This document shows positions 38,593 through 48,970 of a stretch of DNA of 64,000 nt, piece after piece. The notes below the pieces were generated by a model. The model was not told the origin of the DNA, did not search any database, and saw only the letters and a program-made list of their open reading frames with translations. Position 1 is the stretch's first letter. Each line of letters begins with the position of its first letter. Both the position numbers and the translations under genes were made by a program. Source of the DNA: a virus; IMG/VR virus record IMGVR_UViG_3300043410_000542, positions 22,258 through 86,257 of that record; one strand, 5' to 3'.

Positions 38593-39558
38593 ATGGCAAC
38601 AAAGAAAACAACAGCAAAACCCGCAGCAAAAAAAGCTGCTCCAGTTAAAGCAGCAGCGGCTAAGAAAGCTCCTGCAAAGGCACCGGCAAAAGCAACTAAG
38701 GCTACGAAATCTGTCGAACCAAAGACAGTTCCAGTAGAACGAGTTCAAGAAATTGCTGAACAGGCTGCACAAGAACAACAACAAAAACAGGCTCAACAAG
38801 GGCAAGTTCAAGTTAACGTTGACTTCTTGAAAACAACTAAAGTCCACATTGCAATGCCATGCTATGGTGGCATGTTGACAGAATCTACATTCATGTCATT
38901 CATCAAATGGGCTAACACTGCTCGTCAATTGGGTATTGATTGGACATTGGAAACAATGGTCAACGAATCACTAATCTCACGTGCTCGTAACACACTAACA
39001 GCTAAGTTTTTAGAGCAAGAGGGTGCAACTCACTTGTTCTTCGTTGACGCTGACATTGGTTGGGAGCCATGGCACTTGTTAGTATTGTTGAACCGTGACG
39101 TTGATGTTATCGGTGGTTTATACCCAATGAAGACTATGCCAATCAAGTGGGTAGTTAATGGCTTTGAAGGCGCAGAAGAAGGACCAGACGGTCTACAAGA
39201 AGTATCTAAAGCAGGTACAGGTTTCTTGTTGATGAAGCGTCATGTATTTGAGAAATTGAAGTCTCACCCAGCTGTTAAGCAATACAAGAACGACATTGGT
39301 TTAGATCCAAAGTACGACCAACACTTGAAGACCTACTTCGATACAGCAGTTCGTCAGAATCGTTACTACAGTGAAGACTGGACATTCTGTGAAAACTGGC
39401 GTGACTTAGGTGGTAAGATTTGGGTTGACAAGCGTGTATTGTTACGTCACTCAGGATCTTATGTATTCTGTATGGAGAATCAAACTCACTTGTTGAATAC
39501 AATCGGACCTATGTACGTTGAAGAACAACGCAAACAACAAGGTCAACAACCCCAATAA
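38593..39558 (+). CDS. GT-A fold glycosyltransferase-like protein with histone H1-like N-terminal tail
   Basis: IAMPCYGG, ESLISRARN, LFFVDADIGW (DxD), GTGFLL, SEDWTFC, LRHSG; AKP-rich N-terminus. Confidence 0.75.
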   Translation: MATKKTTAKPAAKKAAPVKAAAAKKAPAKAPAKATKATKSVEPKTVPVERVQEIAEQAAQEQQQKQAQQGQVQVNVDFLKTTKVHIAMPCYGGMLTESTFMSFIKWANTARQLGIDWTLETMVNESLISRARNTLTAKFLEQEGATHLFFVDADIGWEPWHLLVLLNRDVDVIGGLYPMKTMPIKWVVNGFEGAEEGPDGLQEVSKAGTGFLLMKRHVFEKLKSHPAVKQYKNDIGLDPKYDQHLKTYFDTAVRQNRYYSEDWTFCENWRDLGGKIWVDKRVLLRHSGSYVFCMENQTHLLNTIGPMYVEEQRKQQGQQPQ

Positions 39559-39577
39559 TAGTCTACTATTATGACAC

Positions 39578-39612
39578 AATGGTTATCGCGGAAACGTGAT
39601 AACCATTTTTTT
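39578..39612 (+). terminator. Rho-independent terminator
   Basis: AATGGTTATCGCG-GAAA-CGTGATAACCATT followed by T run. Confidence 0.9.
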
Positions 39613-39625
39613 ATATAAATACAAT

Positions 39626-40543
39626 ATGCACTTTAGAGAATTAGAGAACTTTAGCCTGAAAGATGTGGTTCACTTCCATGATGAACTGAATCAGGCCCTC
39701 TTTGATGGCGACCACTTAAACCCTGAAGTCAGAGAGCAACTATTAGTGATTGCTAATGATTTCATGGAACATCTAGGATTACCTGATATCCATGTCCAAG
39801 ACATTACATTGTCAGGATCCAACGCAGCGTACAGTTATACAAGATTAAGTGATATCGACTTGCATTTGCTAGTGGATATATCACAGTTTGAGCATGATGA
39901 CGTTTACCGTGAACTATTTGACGCTAAAAAGACAGTTTACAACGAGAACCATGACATTATCATCAAGGGGTTTGAAGTAGAGTTATACATACAGGATGCT
40001 AACATGCCTGTTATTAGTCTAGGTGAGTACTCAGTATTAAACGATAAGTGGATCAAGTTACCTAGAAAGAGAAAAGCAGACTTTGACCAAGTTGCTACTA
40101 AAGAAAAGTATCGTAAGATTTTCAAACTAGCACAATATGCGTTGAAGACTAGTAATGCAGAGAAGATTACCCGAGTTATCAAAACACTAAAGAAATACAG
40201 ACAAGTTGGATTAGATAAGGCCGGTGAATTCAGCCCTGAGAATCTAGCATTCAAAATATTGCGTAGGAAAGGTACAATCAAAGATTTGTACGAGAAACTA
40301 AGAGAACTACACGATGAACATTTAAGTTTAGCAGAGAATGAACCTGATATCATGCCTGGAATTCAACAAGAATGGCAGATGTATGAATGTTCGGGGTACA
40401 TTCCTAGCGAATCTGAAAAAGACGACCCACGTTGGAAGATGGCACTGTCTGTGGACGTAACCCCACAATCAATCAAAGACAATGCACGTAGATTGGGAAG
40501 TAACATAAAAAGAAACGGCAGACCGCCGTTATTGAGACCTTAA
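39626..40543 (+). CDS. Pol-beta superfamily nucleotidyltransferase-like protein
   Basis: LSGSNAAYSYTRLSDIDLH (GS...DxD) and VELYIQD; exact TATAAATA 4 nt before ATG 39626. Confidence 0.75.
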   Translation: MHFRELENFSLKDVVHFHDELNQALFDGDHLNPEVREQLLVIANDFMEHLGLPDIHVQDITLSGSNAAYSYTRLSDIDLHLLVDISQFEHDDVYRELFDAKKTVYNENHDIIIKGFEVELYIQDANMPVISLGEYSVLNDKWIKLPRKRKADFDQVATKEKYRKIFKLAQYALKTSNAEKITRVIKTLKKYRQVGLDKAGEFSPENLAFKILRRKGTIKDLYEKLRELHDEHLSLAENEPDIMPGIQQEWQMYECSGYIPSESEKDDPRWKMALSVDVTPQSIKDNARRLGSNIKRNGRPPLLRP

Positions 40544-40552
40544 GGAATAAAC

Positions 40553-41020
40553 ATGTCAACTATTTTATATAGACCACCGTCAGTCAATACTAAATTCGAT
40601 CCTGGTTTAGAATACATAGCTCAACACGAACAGCAAACAGTGTTGAATAGTACCACTGCAGCCGGCGATACTAAACAAGGTGTTGTGTTGGAACAAATCA
40701 ATAACGTCATTACAAATATTGTACGTAATGACCCTGCCGATACTGTATTGGACTTGGTTGATTTGAATCTAGTAGAATACATTTTGATTGACTCAAGCGT
40801 AACAGCCACGATCCTAACCGGCGCGCCAATAAATATTGATAGAACAATTCGTTTAGCTCCAGCTGTAACAATGACAGGTAGAAGAATGATTGTTATTAAC
40901 AGAAGTCCTTTCCAACATCTAATTGTACAGGATAGTCAGTTAAATACTATAGTGGTTGTCGAGGGAGAGACGAGTGAAGAAATCTTGTCAGATGGATACG
41001 ATTGGATAGCGGTAAACTAA
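40553..41020 (+). CDS. Hypothetical (fibre-associated) protein
   Basis: AAGGA RBS; C-terminal SDGYDW fibre-type motif. Confidence 0.65.
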   Translation: MSTILYRPPSVNTKFDPGLEYIAQHEQQTVLNSTTAAGDTKQGVVLEQINNVITNIVRNDPADTVLDLVDLNLVEYILIDSSVTATILTGAPINIDRTIRLAPAVTMTGRRMIVINRSPFQHLIVQDSQLNTIVVVEGETSEEILSDGYDWIAVN

Positions 41021-41021
41021 T

Positions 41022-41258
41022 ATGAAAATACAAGATTTAATTAAAGTACTAACTGATATGGCTGGCGCAGAAGAAGCTGCGGCCGCACCCGAAGAAAAAC
41101 AAGAAACAATGGTATCTCCGCTACAACAAGAGTTAGAGTTACTAAAGAAAGCAACCGGCGTAGAGAGTATGTACGATGATTGCGAAGAGGAAGAATTGAC
41201 AATAATAAAAAAGAACGCTGGCATACCAGTGCAACAAATACAAAGGGGAGAAATCTAA
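41022..41258 (+). CDS. Small acidic hypothetical protein
   Basis: MKIQDLIK...PLQQELELLKK...IKKNAGI. Confidence 0.65.
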   Translation: MKIQDLIKVLTDMAGAEEAAAAPEEKQETMVSPLQQELELLKKATGVESMYDDCEEEELTIIKKNAGIPVQQIQRGEI

Positions 41259-44150
41259 GTGTCAAATACAAAAAAGATTAAAGCAGGCTTAGTATTACAA
41301 GAACCATCAGAGTTCATTGGACATGCTGGCACACTATTTTATAATCCAGATACAGGTTCAATGTATCTTAGTGACGGCGTTACTCCCGGTGGTATTTCAT
41401 TAGGTCAGGGCGGTGGCGGCGGTGGCTTCAGCGGTAACTATGCTGATTTGACAAACAAGCCAAACCTACAAGTTTACGCTACAAACACATATGTTGATAA
41501 CAAGACAACATGGGGCAATATCACAAGCAAGCCAAGTTTTGCTGCTGTGGCAACTAGTGGTTCATATAATGACTTGACAAATAAACCTAGTATCCCTAGC
41601 TTGAGTGGCTATGCTACTGAATCATATGTTAGTAGTGCAGTATCAGGTAAGGTTGATTCTAGCAGTTTAGCAACTGTTGCGACTAGCGGTAACTACCATG
41701 ATTTGGAATACTTACCAACTATTTCTACAGTTGGTACTACTGGTAATTACGAAGATTTACGCAACAAGCCTTCAATTCCTAGCGTTGTTGGATTAGCGAC
41801 TGAGAACTATGTTACAAGTCAGGGTTATATCACATCATCCGCATTGAGTTCATACGCAACTCAAACATGGGTGGAAGGTAAAAACTATTTAACTAGCGCA
41901 TCATTAAGTTCTTATGCAACTACATCTTGGGTTACCGATCAAAGCTACGTAACTACAGATGGATTAACTTCTGCGTTATCAGGATATGCATCAACTAGTG
42001 ATATCCCTGCAAATACTAGCGACTTAAATAATGATAGTGGCTTCATCACAACTGCTGATTTGCCAGACTTAAGTGGGTATGCGTTATCTTCAAGTGTTCC
42101 TACTAAGACAAGTGATTTAACTAATGACAGTGGCTTCGTCACTTCTGCTGATTTACCAACGGTCAATGCTGCTGATAGATTAGTAAGTGGTGATTATGAA
42201 ATCGTATTAGGTACTGATGGAGTATTGACCACAGGTAACATTGATGTTGGTAACTTAGCATTGATTACAGTACCAGGCGGTGATGCTATTACTAGCTATA
42301 ATAGCAAAGATGTTGATATTTTCACGAACGTAGGTGATGGTGCTTATAGTGAAGTTTGGATTCACCATGAAGGTAATGTAGAGATTACTACAAACGGCGG
42401 CCAATTAAGCTGGAACTTTGACACAACTGGCAATTTAGTATTGCCACCGGTGGATGCTAGTGCATTATCTGTTACTAGCGGTATCGTATTCAGTGATGGT
42501 ACATTCCAGAATACAGCGGCAATCAGCTTCAGTGGGTCATATAATGACTTAACAAACACACCGACTCTTTTCAGCGGTTCGTATACTGACTTAACTAACA
42601 AGCCTACAGAGTTGCCATCACAAACGAATGGCTTCTTGCAATCGCTTAACGGTTCTTTATCATGGGGAAACCCGACTTCTATTACAGAAGGTACTATAAC
42701 TGACAGTCAAATTATTTGGACAGGTGGTTCTAATTCATCGTTAGTAGATGAACCAGAATTTTCTCGTGTTTCTCTAATTACTGACCAAAACGGTGACTCA
42801 GATGGTTATGTATTTGGATTCGGATATGACGGCATATTACGAGTTCCTGGACAGATTTATGATGCTAGCGGTCGCCCTGTAATTAACAGAGAAACACAGT
42901 TTGAATACAAAGAGTACAGTGATTTTGATGCAGAATTCAATAAACGATATATTGTCCGCACTCAAAACAATCCAGTAACAGTAACACTACCAAGTACTGG
43001 TTTGGTGGGCGGTGAAGCTATTTTCTTTGCTGACGCATACAATACATTTAGTGTAGAAAATCCTTTAATCATCACAGGTGGATATATCGGGGATAGTGTT
43101 TCAGATACTTTTGCAATGGATACTCCCGGGTCATACATCGGTGTATTCTATACAGGCAATGGTCGCTGGAGAGTTTATGCTCAAGGCCCTGTAACCGGTG
43201 GAGGTAATTTTAGTGGTTCTTATCTAGACTTATCAAACAAACCTAGTATCCCATCAAGTCTAAGTGACTTGGGTATTACTGCAGGTTCAGACGGTCAAGT
43301 ATTGACTCTTAACAGCAGTCTAGTTCCTGTATGGTCTACACCATCATCTAGCGGTGGCACAACCGATAGATTAGTCAACGGAGACTACTCTTTTGTTTTA
43401 GATGAACATGGTGGCATCGTTGCAACAAATGGCAGTATTGGACCTACCCAAGCAGGTGAGTTTGGCTTTGGCGCCGATACAGGTGCAGACGCAGTTATCA
43501 AAGCGAACGGCGGATTTAGTACATGGACTTTCAAATCTGACAATACTTTACAATTACCGGCTGGTGGTGACATTGTTGATAGCAATGGTACTAGTGTATT
43601 AGGCGGCGGTGGTGCAAGCACAGGTAATATTACATTCAGTGATACTACAATGACAAGCACTAACGGTTCTATCTATATTGGATTCGAACCATCAGCAAGC
43701 CCTGCGGTGAGTTTCTCGTTTACTGATAATGGTATATTAAGTGCGCCCACAATTCAAACAGGGTCAGTTGAAGCACAAGGCTCGGTTAAAATCGGTGATG
43801 CAAACATCTCAACCACTAGTATGGTAACGTGCCCGCCTAATGTGGATACGATTGTGTACACTGGCACTAACCAACTAACTACAACTATTAAAGCTCTATT
43901 CCATGTTGAAGGTAATGAAGATGGTACACAAAGTTATGAAGCACAAAGCTGTGAAATGATGGTTGCACAAATAAGTGGAAGAGTCGCAGGAAGTGTGTAT
44001 GGTTTAGCATATACTAGTACTACACCATTGGCAACGTTCAACGCTCGTATAGATTCATCTTACTTGATAGAAATCACATGTAGACCTACTAGTACAACTG
44101 AAACAGTTTATGTTATAACACATGCAACTGAAATGTTCACAACACCGTAA
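41259..44150 (+). CDS. Tail fibre-like protein with SGSYxDLxNKP and KTSDLxNDSGF repeats
   Basis: GTG start; repeated fibre motifs; SDGVTPGG N-terminal motif. Confidence 0.75.
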   Translation: MSNTKKIKAGLVLQEPSEFIGHAGTLFYNPDTGSMYLSDGVTPGGISLGQGGGGGGFSGNYADLTNKPNLQVYATNTYVDNKTTWGNITSKPSFAAVATSGSYNDLTNKPSIPSLSGYATESYVSSAVSGKVDSSSLATVATSGNYHDLEYLPTISTVGTTGNYEDLRNKPSIPSVVGLATENYVTSQGYITSSALSSYATQTWVEGKNYLTSASLSSYATTSWVTDQSYVTTDGLTSALSGYASTSDIPANTSDLNNDSGFITTADLPDLSGYALSSSVPTKTSDLTNDSGFVTSADLPTVNAADRLVSGDYEIVLGTDGVLTTGNIDVGNLALITVPGGDAITSYNSKDVDIFTNVGDGAYSEVWIHHEGNVEITTNGGQLSWNFDTTGNLVLPPVDASALSVTSGIVFSDGTFQNTAAISFSGSYNDLTNTPTLFSGSYTDLTNKPTELPSQTNGFLQSLNGSLSWGNPTSITEGTITDSQIIWTGGSNSSLVDEPEFSRVSLITDQNGDSDGYVFGFGYDGILRVPGQIYDASGRPVINRETQFEYKEYSDFDAEFNKRYIVRTQNNPVTVTLPSTGLVGGEAIFFADAYNTFSVENPLIITGGYIGDSVSDTFAMDTPGSYIGVFYTGNGRWRVYAQGPVTGGGNFSGSYLDLSNKPSIPSSLSDLGITAGSDGQVLTLNSSLVPVWSTPSSSGGTTDRLVNGDYSFVLDEHGGIVATNGSIGPTQAGEFGFGADTGADAVIKANGGFSTWTFKSDNTLQLPAGGDIVDSNGTSVLGGGGASTGNITFSDTTMTSTNGSIYIGFEPSASPAVSFSFTDNGILSAPTIQTGSVEAQGSVKIGDANISTTSMVTCPPNVDTIVYTGTNQLTTTIKALFHVEGNEDGTQSYEAQSCEMMVAQISGRVAGSVYGLAYTSTTPLATFNARIDSSYLIEITCRPTSTTETVYVITHATEMFTTP

Positions 44151-44167
44151 TTAAGGAAATAATAAAA

Positions 44168-46426
44168 ATGACAATGAAACCTTTTGAAATTCAAAGCCCA
44201 TCACTTAGCATCAATGGCGTACTAATTGATACTAGTGCTCAGGGCAAACTAGTTATTCCAGGTGTAACTAGAGCAGGAACTAGTGTTGCTATTGAAGTAG
44301 AAGATACAGGAGACCAAAGTTATAGCTTTGGAGCAAACGCTGATCCCTCTACAATTACTGTTATTGATGGATATCAGTTCGCAGTATTAAACGGTGATGT
44401 GCAAGCACAAGTAGGCTGGACCGCAGCAACTTATTCGGCTGATGAAATAGACGATGAAGGATATATTGATGGTATTAGTGTAGTCGACGGTGGCGCAGGT
44501 TATACAGGTGAAGCAGTTACATACAGTCATCAAATGTTGGCAACAGAATTTGCAGATCCTCTAAGTAGCTTTGATCCTAGCGTTTGGACTTGGATTCCAT
44601 TTAGAGTTCGTTGTGGTGCTGGAGAGATTGAAAGTGAATTTGGATCTGGTGGCGGCGCGGATACAGGTGATGTTAGATTTGATGGGACACAAATCTATGT
44701 TCAAACTGACGACAGCATGGAACTTCATGTTGACACTGAAGATAATGACAATAATAATATTGAGTTAAACAATAAAACTATTGACATTTATGCATGGAAC
44801 GAAGATACAAATAACTGGTCAGAAGTTTACCTAAATAACGGCGGTTCTAGTGCTGAGGTTAGAATCACTGTTGCTGAAAATGACGTACAGAAAGATTGGA
44901 CTTTTGATAAAGATGGTGGCATTACGTTCCCAGACAATACAGTTCAAACTACAGCGTACACTGGTGGCAGCTCAGGTGGCGGAGCGAGTGTAACAACTTC
45001 CGATACTGCACCATCAAGCCCCAGTGAAGGTGATTTGTGGTTTGATATTGTAGGTGGACAATTATATGTTTACTTTGAAGATACATGGGTAGATTCTAGT
45101 CCATCAACGGGTGGAAGTAGCGGCAGTAGCGCAGATACCGGTAACATTTCTTTTGTAGTAACTAGTCTGCAAAGTCCGACAGATAGTAACGTAGGTTGGC
45201 CTAATGGCGTCATCAGTTTGATGCCCGGCGCAGCAACAGACACTGGATATATTGATAGAGGGCAATACTTAAACATCTATCCTACTATTGGCTATGACGA
45301 ACCTCACATTCACATTGCACCGGGGTTTGCAACAACTGGTAGTTTTAGTCGCGGTGATTTGATATTAGGTGACGATTCGTATCATGTTAGTATTAGCAAT
45401 GATGGTAATGTTTATGTAAAAACTAATGGTCAAGGCTATGCGTGGACGTTTGGTGACGATGGCAATTTAACAATCCCAAGTAACATTAACTATTCTAATG
45501 GTGTAAGTATTTTAGATGGACTTGGTGGCGGTACTTCATTACCATCTGATGCTGCTGGTGTATTAAAGAATGATGGCACAGGAACTTTATCTTGGTCTAC
45601 ACTAGATGTTCAGGATTTAACAGATAACAGTAATTTATTAGGTGGCAGCGGAGGTGGTACTTCATTACCATCTGATGCCGCTGGTTACTTGCATAACGAC
45701 GGTTCTGGTGGATTATCTTGGACACAAAATACTGCTGGCACTGGAACTAATAGCTTCAGTGATGTTTGGGTAACTAGTACTAAGGCTAGTAACTTCTGGA
45801 CTACTTACACCTTAACTGGTAATATAACATTGTTGTTTAATTATGGTGGACAACCAGTTAGCGATATTACACTATCTAACCAAGCTGTATCAGGGAAACA
45901 AATCACTGTAGGACAAAAGATTCTTGTAATCAATGATGCTGCATCATTGAATAGCAATAGCTATGGTATCGTAATTGAATTCCCATCAAGCCCAAGCGTG
46001 GGCGACACCTTTTCAGCTCCCGTCATGTGTCCTACTGCATTAACTACAATAAGCGTAAGTCAAATGCAACCCGGACAGGTATATACAATTGTATCACTAG
46101 GTACTACTAATTGGGGTACGCTTGGGGTATATGGTGCCACTGTGGGACAACAATTTCAGTACAATGGTGGTTCAATAACAGGTGACGGCACAGTTTCTAC
46201 GTCGGGTATAACTGGTGTATCTAAAGTAATCTTTAAGCCAGCAAGCGGTCATCGTGCAATATCATACAATCAAGGTAACGCAGGATCTGCTACTATATTT
46301 GGTCAAGGTGCAACACCTATTGCTAGTTACACAGACCTAACAACCGGTATGGGGCAACAGCCTATTACTTGGGTGTATGCAGGTATAGTAGACAGTATCC
46401 CAACATGGTACCAAATCTGGGGTTAA
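44168..46426 (+). CDS. Tail fibre-like protein
   Basis: FPDNTVQTTAY, APSSPSEGDLWFD, duplicated GGGTSLPSDAAG-L-NDG-G-LSW. Confidence 0.7.
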   Translation: MTMKPFEIQSPSLSINGVLIDTSAQGKLVIPGVTRAGTSVAIEVEDTGDQSYSFGANADPSTITVIDGYQFAVLNGDVQAQVGWTAATYSADEIDDEGYIDGISVVDGGAGYTGEAVTYSHQMLATEFADPLSSFDPSVWTWIPFRVRCGAGEIESEFGSGGGADTGDVRFDGTQIYVQTDDSMELHVDTEDNDNNNIELNNKTIDIYAWNEDTNNWSEVYLNNGGSSAEVRITVAENDVQKDWTFDKDGGITFPDNTVQTTAYTGGSSGGGASVTTSDTAPSSPSEGDLWFDIVGGQLYVYFEDTWVDSSPSTGGSSGSSADTGNISFVVTSLQSPTDSNVGWPNGVISLMPGAATDTGYIDRGQYLNIYPTIGYDEPHIHIAPGFATTGSFSRGDLILGDDSYHVSISNDGNVYVKTNGQGYAWTFGDDGNLTIPSNINYSNGVSILDGLGGGTSLPSDAAGVLKNDGTGTLSWSTLDVQDLTDNSNLLGGSGGGTSLPSDAAGYLHNDGSGGLSWTQNTAGTGTNSFSDVWVTSTKASNFWTTYTLTGNITLLFNYGGQPVSDITLSNQAVSGKQITVGQKILVINDAASLNSNSYGIVIEFPSSPSVGDTFSAPVMCPTALTTISVSQMQPGQVYTIVSLGTTNWGTLGVYGATVGQQFQYNGGSITGDGTVSTSGITGVSKVIFKPASGHRAISYNQGNAGSATIFGQGATPIASYTDLTTGMGQQPITWVYAGIVDSIPTWYQIWG

Positions 46427-46461
46427 TCAGAGATAACAAATATTAAATAAGGATAAAAACA

Positions 46462-47484
46462 ATGGCAGCTTTAAATTTTCCATCAAACCCATCTAACGGT
46501 GACTCTTATGTTGGTGATAATGGAATCACATACACATACGACGGGGTCAAATGGACCTCTACAAGCAGCGGCGGAGGAGGCGGGTCAACTACTCTTTCTG
46601 GATTAAATGATGTAGGTTTGGACAGTCCTGCTGATGGTCAAATTCTAATGTGGGTAGACTCTCAAAGTCGTTGGGAGAACATGGACTTACCAACAGGCGG
46701 CGTTGTAAGCCAGCTGACCAATGGTAGTAATAGTGTAAGCCTAGGTGATGATGGTAATTTATCAATGCCAGGTAACACTGTTGTTTTTACCCCAACTGAT
46801 ACTACATTGAGATTGCAAAGTACAGGTAGTACTTACGGTGGCACTAGTATTGAATTTAAGGCAGATCCTGAACAAGAAACACCTTACAGTGCTAAGGTTC
46901 AACTAGATACAGCCGGTGTAAAAATTAATACCTCAGGTGATAGTTGTCAGTGGACTTTTGATTATAATGGCAACCTAACGTTACCGTCTATCGGCGGCGA
47001 TATTAAAACCAGTGATGGTAATAGTATCTTAGATAGAATTTCAGCAGGTGGTAAGTCAGCATCATTGGATAGTTCTTCACACGACTTGATGTTACCAAAT
47101 GGTGTTGTTTATCGTTATGATGAAACTGTGTTAGGTGGTGTTGGTACTGGCCCTGACGGGTACACGTTGTACTCAATGGACGCTAAGACTATTAATATCA
47201 TGGCGCAAGCAAACGGACAACCGGTCAACTGGCAGTTTAACGGTGGTGGCGAGATTATATTCCCTGACGGAACAGTTCAAACTACAGCGTACAACTATGC
47301 TCCCCAGGATCTAGTTAACATAGATGGTGGAATCGCAAGTACACAATTTGATGTTAGCTATGCATATATTGACTGCGGTGGTAGTGCTAGAAGAGGTGTA
47401 CTAGACGTAGATACGTTTGACGGAGAAGACAATGGCGCAGGACAAACACAATTTGATAAAGTATTAAACGGAGGCGGAGCATAA
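46462..47484 (+). CDS. Tail fibre-like protein
   Basis: LNFPSNPSNGD...YTYDGVKW, LSGLNDV, FPDGTVQTTAY, C-terminal DGG motifs. Confidence 0.7.
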   Translation: MAALNFPSNPSNGDSYVGDNGITYTYDGVKWTSTSSGGGGGSTTLSGLNDVGLDSPADGQILMWVDSQSRWENMDLPTGGVVSQLTNGSNSVSLGDDGNLSMPGNTVVFTPTDTTLRLQSTGSTYGGTSIEFKADPEQETPYSAKVQLDTAGVKINTSGDSCQWTFDYNGNLTLPSIGGDIKTSDGNSILDRISAGGKSASLDSSSHDLMLPNGVVYRYDETVLGGVGTGPDGYTLYSMDAKTINIMAQANGQPVNWQFNGGGEIIFPDGTVQTTAYNYAPQDLVNIDGGIASTQFDVSYAYIDCGGSARRGVLDVDTFDGEDNGAGQTQFDKVLNGGGA

Positions 47485-47485
47485 T

Positions 47486-48970
47486 ATGTCAAACAGAATA
47501 CAATTACGTAGAGATTCAACGTACAATTGGAATAACATTAATCCAATATTAGCAGACGGTGAACCAGGATTAGACTACGATACAAATAAAATTAAGATAG
47601 GTGACGGTAGTTCATACTGGAGTGATTTGCCTTGGGCAACTAATACACTACCATCGTTAGCGACAGTAGCAACAACTGGTAGTTACACTGATTTGGACAA
47701 TAGACCTACAAATTTGTTTGATATTTTAGGTGGCGCATCTAGTCTGGATAATAGACGTTTCTTACGTTTAAACTTCAGTGAAAGCTCAATCGAATATAGC
47801 TCTGATTTTAGAGTAGTCCCATTCTCCAACGTGGTATACCCGGCAGGTACAATAGGTCAAGATAAAGTAGGCGATGTTGCATTCTCATCAGGAGCAATTT
47901 ACTATTGCGTACAAGAACCTAACTCATACACAGTTACATGGCAAGGTGATTCATTTAACCCGTGGGTCCCTGATGTTATTGCACTTTCAAACATTGGAGG
48001 TTCTCAGCCAACAGTGGGTGCTAAATTGACAGACGGTACACACACTGCTGTAGTTACTGAGGTCATAGCATGGTGGGATGGTTCTAGAACAGGTCTTAGA
48101 ATTAGTCCAACAGTGAACGATTGGCATACTGGTACTGGCACATTAACTGTGTTCACTGGTGATGCGCCATCTACTCATATATGGGCAAAGATTGGTAGTG
48201 AACTAGTTTCAGCACCATCTACACTAACAAGTCCTGGCATAGTAGGGCAAATGGCGTATGATAGTAACTACATCTACCGATGCACCCAGACTAATGTATC
48301 TGAAATTAGTTCAGTTTACTCTACCCCTCATTCATATAACGGCGGAGGAAATCAAAATGCCGGTTCTAGTATGATGAACGTACTTGACGCTGGCGGAGTT
48401 CCTGCTCCGCAAGTTGGATGGATAATAAGTGATGGTTCTAGTCAACGAACTATCACAAACGTAGTACGTCAGAATAGTGCTTGGGGTTACATATACACAC
48501 TGACATTTAGCGGCGGAGATATTAACTGGAATACACTTAACAGTATAACTATTATTTCTCAACCAGCAGTTTCAGGTCAGTGGGTTAAAGCTAAGTGGTT
48601 CAGTGGTTCATACAATGATTTAACAGATAAACCAACTACAGTAGTTGATGTTAACCAGTTAACTGATACCCATGCCCTATTAGATAAAGAACCTAAATTT
48701 AATGTACAGTATCAAAACTTTAACGCACTATCAGGCACTCGTTATTGCATCGATGCAGTTGGTCAAGCAGTGACAGCAACATTACCAGCAAGTCCTGATA
48801 TAGGAGATGCAATATACTTTGTTGATGCTTACGGTCAATTCGACACACACAACCTTACTATCAATGGCAACGGTAACACAATCATGGGTGCATCAACTCA
48901 AGTTATCTCAACAGCAAATGAAAGTATTGGTGTTTTCTATAATGGTTCAGAATGGAGATTCTACGGATGA
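47486..48970 (+). CDS. Receptor-binding/fibre protein with Mtd-like N-terminal domain
   Basis: IQLRRD...W...NPILADGEPGLDYDTNKIKIGDG..W.DLP is the major tropism determinant N-terminal pattern. Confidence 0.75.
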   Translation: MSNRIQLRRDSTYNWNNINPILADGEPGLDYDTNKIKIGDGSSYWSDLPWATNTLPSLATVATTGSYTDLDNRPTNLFDILGGASSLDNRRFLRLNFSESSIEYSSDFRVVPFSNVVYPAGTIGQDKVGDVAFSSGAIYYCVQEPNSYTVTWQGDSFNPWVPDVIALSNIGGSQPTVGAKLTDGTHTAVVTEVIAWWDGSRTGLRISPTVNDWHTGTGTLTVFTGDAPSTHIWAKIGSELVSAPSTLTSPGIVGQMAYDSNYIYRCTQTNVSEISSVYSTPHSYNGGGNQNAGSSMMNVLDAGGVPAPQVGWIISDGSSQRTITNVVRQNSAWGYIYTLTFSGGDINWNTLNSITIISQPAVSGQWVKAKWFSGSYNDLTDKPTTVVDVNQLTDTHALLDKEPKFNVQYQNFNALSGTRYCIDAVGQAVTATLPASPDIGDAIYFVDAYGQFDTHNLTINGNGNTIMGASTQVISTANESIGVFYNGSEWRFYG

